From the NCBI GenBank assembly GCA_035650735.1, contig DASRGZ010000175.1, forward strand, positions 1-36,843: a stretch of 36,843 nt of DNA, written 5' to 3'. Made by a program: the position numbers and the translations under genes. The notes under the pieces are model-generated. The model was not told the origin of the DNA and did not search any database. It saw only the letters and a list, made by a program, of their open reading frames with translations. This DNA is from Chthonomonadaceae bacterium. Lineage in GTDB: Bacteria > Armatimonadota > Chthonomonadetes > Chthonomonadales > Chthonomonadaceae. This document shows positions 18,068-27,792 of the stretch, piece by piece. How positions within the stretch are numbered: the first letter of the stretch is position 1; each line of letters starts with the position of its first letter.

Positions 18068-20734
18068 CTATCCGGCCCCCAGATGGCCTATTATACCCGT
18101 TTTCCTCTCCGATAAGCCAGAGGCGAGGAGCAGAGCTATCAGCAAACAGGCGAGGCAGGCCAGGTAGAGGCCGACGCGGAAGCTGGCCGGATCGTAGCGG
18201 AAGGCGATACGGTGGCGTCCCGGCGGCACGGCGACGGCGCGATAGATGGGCGCCGCCGCCTGCCGCATGATGACGGCGGGGCTGCCGTCTATGGTCGCGC
18301 GCCAGCCGGGATAGAACTGGTCGGCCAGGTTCAAGGTCGCAGGAACGGTGGTGTCTACGTCCAGCGCCACGCGGGTCGGGCCGTCGTCCCGCCAGGTGAG
18401 GCGCGCCGCAGGCGATGCTGCCGGAGCGGCAAGCGCCTGGAGCCAGGCGCGCGGCCTGGAGTTGGGCAGGGCAAACAGGGCCATTTCTCTCGCGGCGTCG
18501 TAGAGGGGCGTGGCGGAGGGCACGGCCTGCGGGGCGAAGGCTTCGGAGGTGAGCGGGAGCGTCACGGCCAGGGCAGCCGCCGTGTAAGGCGTGAGCGGCG
18601 CGGTGGCGTTCTGGAAGAATACCATGTTGCCGACTTCCGGCGGGCTGGCGTCCAGGACGCCCTGCCGGTTCGGGCGCGCGAATTGGTTGGCGAACGCCTT
18701 GTACTGGCCCGGAAACAGCGAGTCGTAGCCCTGCACGTCGCGCAGGCCGTAGACCATGGCCGCGTTGGGCGGCAGCACGGCGGGCGGGGGCTTGTAGAGG
18801 CTCCACTGCTGGTTGATGGGGAAGATACGCTCATGCGGCCCGACCCGCTGCCGCAACAACTGCAAGCCGGGCGTCTCCGGATAGACCGCCGCGGGAGGAG
18901 CCGTCGGGTTGACGTTGAGGCCCACCAGGAAGAGGTCGGCAACAACGGCCAGCAAGGCAGCTGGCACCAGCGCGGGCACGCGCCGCCACGCTCCTCCCCT
19001 TCCCTCTGTTCCCGTTTCCGCGTTGCCCTGCCCTGACGTGCCCCGCAGAGCGGGCAGTAGGATCGCGGCGCCGGCAGCCACAGCGGCGGCCAGGCGAATC
19101 CAGCCCGCTCCGATGCGCTCAAAGACGTCACCCAGCGTCGGCACGGTGAGGTTGGGCGGCGGGACGGCAAGCGAGATCGCCGCTAGACCCAGGCCGAGGA
19201 TTAGGATTAGCGCGAATGCGCCCAGGACGATCCCGATCTCGTGTCGGGAAGGAGGGCGATCCAGCAGCGTGTGCAGGCCCAGACCAGAGAGCGCGGCCCA
19301 CGCCAGCGCCCACAGCACCAGCGACCGCGCGGGCGAGCCGGACTGCCCGAAACCCGGCACCCCGAAGTAGAAGAGCGCATTGAGCGGCGTGCCGAGCGCC
19401 AGCAGCAGCGCCGCCACCGCCAAGCCGCCGAAGAACAGCGCGCCGCCGCTCCTCAGGCGCGATTCCGGCTCCGCCTCCCTTTCGGCGGTTGTGCGGAAGG
19501 CGCGCACGCCGCGCAGCAGAGCCAGGATGCCCAGCAGCAGCGGCACGATGCCCACATACGCGGCGGTTTCGGCGGGATTGTGACGGACTGCGGCGACGCT
19601 GCCGTCCGGGCCGACCTTGATATAGTAGCCCCAATAGGGGTTGTTGGGATCGTAGTTGTTGCCGAAGAACTCCGGCAGGGTCAGCATGGCCAACCCGGCG
19701 GGAGGCAGGGCGTATTCGATATAGGCCCGGTAGCCTGCCGCCGTCGGCGTGCCCGCCCGGTGGGACATGCGCGAAAGCTCCAGCGTGGGCAGCAGTTGCG
19801 GCGCAGCCAAGAGGAAGCCCAGCGCCAGCCCGCCGATGCAGGCCGCCAGGCCCCGTGCTGCGGCCAGCCAACCGTGCGCCCGTCCACCCGCTGCCAGCAG
19901 GCATAGCGCCCAGAGGCTGCCCGCCAGCAGACCATAGAACGCGATCTGTAGGTGACCGGCCAGCAGCATCAACCCGACGACGGCGCCCAATCCGGCGGCG
20001 GATCGGGCCAGGCGGAGGCCGGAGGGCGTCGGAGTGCCGAGGACGGTATATGCCCGAGCCAGCAGCAGCGGAAACCAGCAGGAGGTGGCCAGGAAGGTCG
20101 GCAACTGTAGCCAGGCGACCTGCCAGGCCGAATAGGCATAGACCGCGCCGCCGAGCAGCGCCGCTGCCGACCCGCAGCGCAGCCGCCGCAGCAGGAGGTA
20201 AGTGAACCAGCCGCAGAGCGTCAGGTGCAAGAGCGCGCTGACGCCAAACGCCTGTGCCGTGGGGAGCAGATAGAAGCCGAGGTTGCCGGGATAGAGCACG
20301 GCAGACTGGCTGTTGGCGACGAACGGCGTGCCGCAGAACTGGTAGGGGTTCCAGAGGGGTATGGTTCCGGCGCGCAGGGTGCGTGCGGCAAAATGGCGCC
20401 AGGGATAAAACTGGGCGATGCCGTCCCAGCGCAGGGGATCCCAGGACGGCAGGGATCCGCCGGGAAAATGGGCCGTCCAGGGCGCGACCTGTCCGAGCAG
20501 CCCTGCCGGGAGGAAGACCTGCCCGGTAAAGGTCGAGCGCCAGAGGAACAGAGTGGCCAGCGCCAGGTAGAACAGCGGCGGGAGCCAGAACGGCAGCGCG
20601 GGCAAGGGCGCGGCAGAGAAAGAGATCGCAATAGGTCGCGGCGGGACGACCGGGATTGCCGCCGAGGAAGGGGACGGCTCAGGTTCAGCGTTGTTGGGCC
20701 AGGCAGGGTCTGGCGGCGGAGTGGGCGCGGTCAC
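18068..20734 (-). CDS. YfhO-family multi-pass membrane protein (GT-C-like glycosyltransferase)
   Basis: PLWNPYQFCG.PF.AN, AGHLQ, many TM helices, GYDS and C-terminal YPGWRA.IDG...RAV.VP.G.H.I.FRY.P. Confidence 0.85.
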   Translation of the reverse strand: MTAPTPPPDPAWPNNAEPEPSPSSAAIPVVPPRPIAISFSAAPLPALPFWLPPLFYLALATLFLWRSTFTGQVFLPAGLLGQVAPWTAHFPGGSLPSWDPLRWDGIAQFYPWRHFAARTLRAGTIPLWNPYQFCGTPFVANSQSAVLYPGNLGFYLLPTAQAFGVSALLHLTLCGWFTYLLLRRLRCGSAAALLGGAVYAYSAWQVAWLQLPTFLATSCWFPLLLARAYTVLGTPTPSGLRLARSAAGLGAVVGLMLLAGHLQIAFYGLLAGSLWALCLLAAGGRAHGWLAAARGLAACIGGLALGFLLAAPQLLPTLELSRMSHRAGTPTAAGYRAYIEYALPPAGLAMLTLPEFFGNNYDPNNPYWGYYIKVGPDGSVAAVRHNPAETAAYVGIVPLLLGILALLRGVRAFRTTAEREAEPESRLRSGGALFFGGLAVAALLLALGTPLNALFYFGVPGFGQSGSPARSLVLWALAWAALSGLGLHTLLDRPPSRHEIGIVLGAFALILILGLGLAAISLAVPPPNLTVPTLGDVFERIGAGWIRLAAAVAAGAAILLPALRGTSGQGNAETGTEGRGGAWRRVPALVPAALLAVVADLFLVGLNVNPTAPPAAVYPETPGLQLLRQRVGPHERIFPINQQWSLYKPPPAVLPPNAAMVYGLRDVQGYDSLFPGQYKAFANQFARPNRQGVLDASPPEVGNMVFFQNATAPLTPYTAAALAVTLPLTSEAFAPQAVPSATPLYDAAREMALFALPNSRPRAWLQALAAPAASPAARLTWRDDGPTRVALDVDTTVPATLNLADQFYPGWRATIDGSPAVIMRQAAAPIYRAVAVPPGRHRIAFRYDPASFRVGLYLACLACLLIALLLASGLSERKTGIIGHLGAG

Positions 20735-21093
20735 GACGGCTCAGCAAAGAACTGGAGGTTTTTCAAGGCCTTTTCGTTGTTGGGATCGCGGCGCAAGACC
20801 TCCTCGAACTCCTCCCGGGCCTCATCATACATGCCGAGCATCGAGTAGGTGAGCGCGAGGTCATTGCGAATATCGGTGCGTGCCGGTGCAAGCATAGCGG
20901 CATGGCGTAGCTCTTCCAGAGATTCATCGAACATGCCGGTGAAACCATATACCAGGCCCAGTTGATGGTGCGCATCGCTGGAGTTGGGATCTTCCTCCAA
21001 TATGTGGCGAAACTCCGCCACGGCCTCATCATAGCGACCCTCAACTTTAAACGAGATCCCGCGATCCAGGTAGGTCTTGAGATGGCTGCTCAT
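20731..21093 (-). CDS. Tetratricopeptide repeat protein
   Basis: Three TPRs (e.g. AHHQLGLVY...G..DE...E). The stop overlaps the start of the YfhO gene. Confidence 0.85.
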   Translation of the reverse strand: MSSHLKTYLDRGISFKVEGRYDEAVAEFRHILEEDPNSSDAHHQLGLVYGFTGMFDESLEELRHAAMLAPARTDIRNDLALTYSMLGMYDEAREEFEEVLRRDPNNEKALKNLQFFAEPS

Positions 21094-21374
21094 CAGCGTG
21101 TTGCTCCCCTACGGGACTGCGACGACAGAGTCTAGGGTGAGGCGAGACGGGCATTGGGTCGCGTGCCTGTCCGAAGGGCTCTGTCTCGCTTGAGCGCAAG
21201 TATAGCATGTTCCGTTATGAAAATCAAGCGGAGAAATTACCGGGCTGGCGATGAATTCCCACCGATTTTAACGCCTACAACCAAGCCCACGCCTCAGTTC
21301 TTTCCCTTCGGTCTCAGGCAGCTGTGGCCGCATAATGACATAGGGCTGGCATTAGGGAACAGGGTGCAAGTGTT

Positions 21375-22658
21375 CTAGGTACTGGTCGCGGCCACATAGG
21401 GAATGACGTAGGGACCGCGCGGGATCGCCAGCAGGCTGGCCTGTGGGCCGTGCCGCTCCAGCGCCAGGGCGACTCCTGCCTCGACGGTGGGGACCGGCGT
21501 GACGAAACATCGGGAGAGCGTGTCGGCGGGGATGCCGTCGGCTACGCAGACGATCTCGGCGTGGCGGGCCGCCCTGGCCAGTTCCTCCACCTCCCACTCT
21601 TCCGGGACGAAGACCTCCGGCTGGGAGATGTGCTCCACGAACGCCTGCAAATCCTCGGTCTCCAATAAGACTCGCGTGAAGTCCGGGCTGCCGACGCCTT
21701 CGGCGCACTCGGAGGCGATGACGATGGTGCCGCCAGGCTTGACGACTGGCAGGGCGCCCACCATGCCCTTGACCGCCTGATAGAACGTGGCGTCGAGCGG
21801 ATAGCCCGCGCAGGTCGTCACTACAATGTCAGCAGCCTGCGGCGCGGCGGCGCGGACGTGTTGCGCGGCAAAATCCACGCCACACAGCCACGCCTGCTCC
21901 ATCTCTCCTGCGAACACGCCCGTTATACGGTTGGACTCGTCGAGCGTCACATCCAGGATGAAATCGGGTGGAACGAGGCGGGCAATGGCGATGGATTCGG
22001 CGTGAACTGGATTGCCCACGACGACGCCGTTGGTCGCCAGGGGCGATTCGAGGAAGCGCGGGCAGTGCCAGCGCTGCACCGTCTCGAACGCGGCCAGTCC
22101 CGGCATGATGAGCTTGCGTCCGCCGGAGTAACCGGCCATGAAGTGCGGCTCGATCAGCCCGACGGTGATCTTGAGGTCGGCGTCGCAGTAGGTCTTATCC
22201 AGCCAGACGGGGACGCCGTTAGGCGAGACGCCCAGGTAGCGGTGGGCCTCACGGTCACGGCAGTCATGATTGCGGACGGGATAGCGCGCGGCGATCTCGG
22301 GGCCGAGCAGGGCGTCCAGTTCCGCGCCCAGGTTGGGACGATGGGTGCCGGTGGCGATGAGAATGGTGATGCATTCCGGGGGCAGGCCCGCCGCCTCCAG
22401 CGTGCGCAGCACCGGCGGGAGCAGGATCTTGTTGGGCACGGGCCGCGTAATGTCGCAGACGACGATGCAGGCGTCGCGCCGGCCCGCTGCAAGCTGGGCC
22501 AGCGGGGCCGTGCCGATAGGATGGGCGAGCGCCGCTTCGGTCGCCGCCGTCGGGTCGGGCAGCGGCGGGGCGGGCTTGAGCCCAAGAACGCCGATCAGGT
22601 TGGCGTCCGGCAGCTCCACCTCCAGGCCCGTTTTGCCATAATCCAATCGCACCCGCAT
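21375..22658 (-). CDS. larA: Nickel-pincer-dependent lactate racemase family (LarA) protein
   Basis: D.TRP, ATGTHR, HD, IEPHFMAGYSGGRK and YQAVKG. ATG 22658 follows AAGGA. Confidence 0.85.
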   Translation of the reverse strand: MRVRLDYGKTGLEVELPDANLIGVLGLKPAPPLPDPTAATEAALAHPIGTAPLAQLAAGRRDACIVVCDITRPVPNKILLPPVLRTLEAAGLPPECITILIATGTHRPNLGAELDALLGPEIAARYPVRNHDCRDREAHRYLGVSPNGVPVWLDKTYCDADLKITVGLIEPHFMAGYSGGRKLIMPGLAAFETVQRWHCPRFLESPLATNGVVVGNPVHAESIAIARLVPPDFILDVTLDESNRITGVFAGEMEQAWLCGVDFAAQHVRAAAPQAADIVVTTCAGYPLDATFYQAVKGMVGALPVVKPGGTIVIASECAEGVGSPDFTRVLLETEDLQAFVEHISQPEVFVPEEWEVEELARAARHAEIVCVADGIPADTLSRCFVTPVPTVEAGVALALERHGPQASLLAIPRGPYVIPYVAATST

Positions 22659-22671
22659 CGTCTCTTCCTTT

Positions 22672-23038
22672 CTATCTCCCCTCGGTAGGGCGTAACAACT
22701 CGTCCGGCGCGGTCTTAGGCGTTCCATTAGCCGGGCGCAGCAGAACGTTGGCAGCCCCCTCCTCCGCCTGGGCGGGCCGCAATAGGACCTGGTCGGGGAG
22801 GAGTTCTACAGGTTGGCCGTCAATGCGTAGACTAAGATACGAAGGCACGACGAGGGTTACTACGCAGGCGTGCTGTCCTATATGTAAAGAGATATTGACT
22901 TGCTAGAGTCCAGCGCAGATCATCCGATATCAATTGACCGTCCACACGCAATCTTTCCCTGGGAGACCAATGGCTGTACTCTACTTCTACCGTATGCAGG
23001 CCATCCTCAAGGGCAAACGTCCAGACTTTTCCCGCCAT
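22672..23038 (-). pseudogene. Frameshifted FAIM1-like beta-domain protein with LLRP-repeat tail
   Basis: GGAGG plus ATG 23038; VWTFALEDGLHTVEVE...RLRVDG. One extra base near 22885, after which the other frame continues HIGQHACVVTL...LRIDGQPV...VLLRPA..VLLRPA..ELLRPTEGR* to a stop at 22672. The span is 367 nt (3n+1). Confidence 0.65.
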
Positions 23039-23155
23039 CACTGCCCTCCTACCCTCAAGCCTGTGCCATTTGGAAAGCATACCCTTTGTACACGTCTCCA
23101 AGATAACGTTCTACCTAGGGATGCATCGTTGTATTTTCTTGTTCCTTTCTTAACT

Positions 23156-24352
23156 TTACGTGACGGCACGTTGCAGGTCTTCGGCCAGGGAGCGCCACTG
23201 GCTGTGCGGGTAGCGCTCCAGAAAAAGCCGCAGCAGAATACGGGCCTCCTCGCGCCGGTTCAGCCGATGGACATAGAGGGAGGCCGCCTTAAGCAGGGCT
23301 AACTCTGCCTCCGGCGCGTCGGGTTCGTGAACGGTGAGGGCGCGATAGGTTTCGGCGGCGAACGCAGGCTGCTCTCCCTCCTCCAAAGCGCCGGCGAGGA
23401 AGTAGCGCTGTGCCGCCGAGAGACCCTGCGCCGGCAAATCGTGCTCGCGCATTTCGGCGTAGAGCCGCGCGGCCTCCGCGCGCCGGTTGTGGCTCAGATA
23501 GCCCTGAAGGGCCGCCAGGTAGTGCTGGCCTGCCTGTTCCCTATCGCCCAGCAGCAGCCAGGCGCGGGCCAGCTCCACCCGCGCCGTCAGGTTGTTGGGC
23601 TCGCGCGCCAGCAGGGATTCCCACCGCTTGATGGCCGCACCCGGCACGTTCTTCTCCATGGCCTGTAGGGCATCCGCGCGCAGGTAGGCGCGCTCCCCGG
23701 CCTCGCCCAGCCGAAAAGCCTGCGCCCAGACCAGTCCAAAGACGAACCCGCCCACATGCGTCCAATGCGCCGCGCCCCCCGCCCCGGACCCCACCCAGAT
23801 ATCCCGGAGTCCAGTCCCGATCTCAAGGGCCAGAAACAGCGTCACCACCGTCACGACATGCGGGCGCCAGGGCAGTCCCACGAACGACAGCCGCGCCCGA
23901 TAGTAGCGAACGGCAAACACGCCGATCAGGCCCGCGCACGCCGCCGAGGCCCCGACGATGGGCTGGGCCATCAGGCCAGGCTGCTGCAGCACCGCGACCG
24001 TAACCCAGTATTCGAGGAGGCCGCCAAAGGCCCCGCTCGCCAGATAGAGCAGCAGCAAACGTCCCGGCCCAATCGCCTCCTCCACGCCCCCGCCAAACAC
24101 CCACAGGTAGAACAGGTTGATCAGCAGATGGGCCAGGCCCGCATGGAAGAACGCATACGTCAGCAGCGTGAAGGGACGGAAGTGCGCCGGGACAATGCCG
24201 ACCGTGTTGTAGATGGCCTCGGCCTGCCACCAGCCGCCGCGCCGCGCTGCGATCCATGTCCACAGAAAGAGTGCGGCGTTGAGGCAGAGCAGCGCCCAGG
24301 TCATATAGGGCCACCGCATGGGGGGGCGATCACTGGCATACGGGAGCAGCAC
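23156..24352 (-). CDS. Rhomboid family intramembrane serine protease with C-terminal TPR domain
   Basis: HAG..HL..N, catalytic GASA and H.GG motifs, followed by helical TPR-like repeats. Confidence 0.88.
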   Translation of the reverse strand: MLLPYASDRPPMRWPYMTWALLCLNAALFLWTWIAARRGGWWQAEAIYNTVGIVPAHFRPFTLLTYAFFHAGLAHLLINLFYLWVFGGGVEEAIGPGRLLLLYLASGAFGGLLEYWVTVAVLQQPGLMAQPIVGASAACAGLIGVFAVRYYRARLSFVGLPWRPHVVTVVTLFLALEIGTGLRDIWVGSGAGGAAHWTHVGGFVFGLVWAQAFRLGEAGERAYLRADALQAMEKNVPGAAIKRWESLLAREPNNLTARVELARAWLLLGDREQAGQHYLAALQGYLSHNRRAEAARLYAEMREHDLPAQGLSAAQRYFLAGALEEGEQPAFAAETYRALTVHEPDAPEAELALLKAASLYVHRLNRREEARILLRLFLERYPHSQWRSLAEDLQRAVT

Positions 24353-24465
24353 AGGCGTTCTTGACTCCGAAATTGGACGGCTAGCGTGTTCCGGGCGTTC
24401 TTTCGTGCCCGTCGTCGCCTCCAGATTCGATAGAAAGGCGCGCTGCTCCTGCCGGGGCTGAACCG

Positions 24466-25467
<1,002 letters not shown>

Positions 25468-25550
25468 AAAGTTCTCTTTTCAGGGCTTGATTCTTTGGGA
25501 GTAGCCACGCGTCGGGCGTCTGAAACTCCCGCGTCGAGCGGCTCTATTTA

Positions 25551-25686
25551 ACCCAAGTTGCTACCTAGGAACACGTTTGAGAGAGAATTGAGAGAGAATT
25601 GAGAGAGAATTGAGAGAGAATCGCTCTGGAAACCGGCTTTTGCATCACCGTTTGCCTTCTCGAAGAGGCAAGGTAGCAACTTGAGT
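25551..25686. mobile_element. MITE, 136 bp (copy 1), 16-bp TIRs, 6-bp TSD TATTTA
   Basis: ACCCAAGTTGCTACCT ... AGGTAGCAACTTGAGT; TATTTA at 25545-25550 and 25687-25692; internal 4x TGAGAGAGAAT (25578-25621). Confidence 0.88.
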
Positions 25687-25697
25687 TATTTACTTTT

Positions 25698-27548
25698 TCA
25701 GGGCTTGATGCTGTCGAAGTAGTCGCGCACCTGCTTTTTGTAGGCGGCGGGAATATTCTCTTTATTGAGCGCGTTTTCGGCGGCGCGGCGGTTGGTCTGG
25801 TAGACCTGATAGTAAGGCGAATTGCTTTTGAACGCCTCCGGGTCGCCGGTCATGTTCTGCTGGAGTTCCTGGCCGTTTTGCAGGCGCTGGCCGGCGACCT
25901 TGGCGTTGGGCAGATATTTGCTTGACTTGGAGGTCATCGCCAGATATTTGGCCAACTCCTGCGCAGAGCCGGCTTTGCCCTTGCCGGGCTTGCCGTTGTT
26001 CTCGCCAACGGTCATCAGGTGTGCTTTGGCCTTGTTGCCGGGATCTTTCATGGGATTGGTCGGCCCGCCGCTGCCGGCCCATCCCCGGCCCGGCCCCTTG
26101 CCGCCCATCCCCGGCATGTTACCCTTACCGAAGCCTTTACCCAGCGCCAGCGTCAGGCGGCCCTCCTTCAGCGCCTGGATAAGGTCCTGGAGCGCCTTCA
26201 GATCCATCATGGCCTGCATATCACCTTTGCCCATCTGCGCCTTGCCCATCTGCGCGGCGATGTCCTTCATGAGCTGGGCCATTTGCTGAAGGGTGCTCGC
26301 GTCCATTTTGTTTAAGTTTGTCTGCATTTCTTGGGCTAATTGCTGAAGCAGCTGCGATGCTTTGTTCTGGCTGGTGTTCTGGAGCGCCTGCGCCAGCTGC
26401 TGCATGGCCTGCTGTAGTTGCTGCATCTCCTGCGAGGACATCTGCCCGGACTGTATCTGCTGTGCCAACTGCTGCATCGCCTGCTGCATCTGCCTGGCAT
26501 CCTGCCGCTGCATGGCCTGCTGCATCTGTTCGAGCGCCTTGCGCGCCTGCTTCATCGCCTCCGACTCTTTGGGCTTGGGCTGTTCCTTGCCGACGTTGTT
26601 CTGCCCCTCCTTCTTGCCGCTCGAATCCTTTTTGCCCTGGGCGTTCTTTGCCGACTGCCGGGCCTGCTCCGCCCTCTTCTGCTGCGAGGTGGCGATCTCC
26701 TGCTGCATCCGATCCAGGGAGCGCTTGAACTCGCTCTGCGCCTGCTCCATGGGCTTGGTGGGCTGGCTGGCGGCAAGCCGCTTCTGGGTCTCCTCCATCT
26801 TGCGCGTCAGCTTTTGCATGGCCACGAGGGCCTGCTTTTTGTTGAGATCGCCCTTACGCATCGCCTCGCCGAGTTTCTGGGCCTCCATCGCCGCCTTTTT
26901 GGTGGCGTCCAGCTTCTGCTGATCGGCGGCTTTCGTCGTATCCTGGGCCAGCCTCTCGATCTGGATGCCCTGCCGCTTGACCTCGGCCATCTCCTCCCTT
27001 TGCCTGGCAGACCAGAATGCGGGCAGAGTCGGCAGGTAGTAGGTCAGAAAGAGCGCCAGCGCGGCCGGCAAGCCGATGAACAGCGTTCTAGGCAGGCGCA
27101 GGGGATACAGATGCTTTAGGTTGACGCCGGCGGCATGGTGGTCAGCGTCCACAAGCTGTGCCGCGTAGAACGGGCCGGCGCCAACCAGGCCCTGCTGTCG
27201 GAATTCGACGGCGCTGCTGAGGCGTTCCTTAAGGTCGGCGCGCTGTTCCGTCAGGCGCGCGACCTCCAGATCCGTGAGCGGTCGGAGGAAGGCGAGCGCG
27301 ATCCCGACCAGCAGCCCGACGCCGATAGCTCCGGCCAGCAGCCAGGGACTCGGCATCTCGATCAGCCGCAGCTTGCTCAGCCCCACGACGAGCAGGCCGG
27401 CCAGCGCCGTCACGCAGAGGGCGAGCGCCCCATAGCGCAGCAGCTTGAGCAGGCGGATGCGCCGCGCGGCCCCCGCCAGCGCCGCCTCCAGCGCGCTAGC
27501 CTGACGGCCCTGCATCGTCTTCAAGACGGGACTATCAATGCTCATCAC
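25698..27548 (-). CDS. Membrane-anchored Q/K/M-rich coiled-coil protein (MoxR-operon associated)
   Basis: TM helices, L.ERLSSA.EF motif, long Gln-rich coiled coil, Gly-rich linker and C-terminal IP..YK..VRDYF. Confidence 0.8.
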   Translation of the reverse strand: MMSIDSPVLKTMQGRQASALEAALAGAARRIRLLKLLRYGALALCVTALAGLLVVGLSKLRLIEMPSPWLLAGAIGVGLLVGIALAFLRPLTDLEVARLTEQRADLKERLSSAVEFRQQGLVGAGPFYAAQLVDADHHAAGVNLKHLYPLRLPRTLFIGLPAALALFLTYYLPTLPAFWSARQREEMAEVKRQGIQIERLAQDTTKAADQQKLDATKKAAMEAQKLGEAMRKGDLNKKQALVAMQKLTRKMEETQKRLAASQPTKPMEQAQSEFKRSLDRMQQEIATSQQKRAEQARQSAKNAQGKKDSSGKKEGQNNVGKEQPKPKESEAMKQARKALEQMQQAMQRQDARQMQQAMQQLAQQIQSGQMSSQEMQQLQQAMQQLAQALQNTSQNKASQLLQQLAQEMQTNLNKMDASTLQQMAQLMKDIAAQMGKAQMGKGDMQAMMDLKALQDLIQALKEGRLTLALGKGFGKGNMPGMGGKGPGRGWAGSGGPTNPMKDPGNKAKAHLMTVGENNGKPGKGKAGSAQELAKYLAMTSKSSKYLPNAKVAGQRLQNGQELQQNMTGDPEAFKSNSPYYQVYQTNRRAAENALNKENIPAAYKKQVRDYFDSIKP

Positions 27549-27559
27549 CGATCTCCTCT

Positions 27560-27792
27560 AATGCCTACCTCACCCCACCCTGAAGCGGCAGGCTAAACCC
27601 TGCCGACCGGGGGCGCAAGGCGCCCGTCGCCCACCTATGTGGGCGAGCCTCTCTGCCTGCGATAGAACGCATTCTGCCTGCGTAAGCAGGCAGCGGGCCT
27701 GGCTAGGCGGAGGTTTCCGAACCGTTGAGGAAACGACCCTAGCGGAGCCCCACAGCGGCAGGGTTTAGCCTGCCGGAATGGAGGGGTTAGGT
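27560..27792. repeat. Modular REP/BIME-like repeat cluster (copy 4), bounded by inverted hairpin modules
   Basis: GCGGCAGGCTAAACCCTGCCG (27585-27605) and CCCCACAGCGGCAGGGTTTAGCCTGCCG (27748-27775), plus GCCCACCTATGTGGGC and GCTAGGCGGAGG. Confidence 0.8.

Noticed and set aside
25578..25621. Short tandem array as CRISPR
   Set aside because: 11-bp units without spacers; it is a VNTR inside the MITE.
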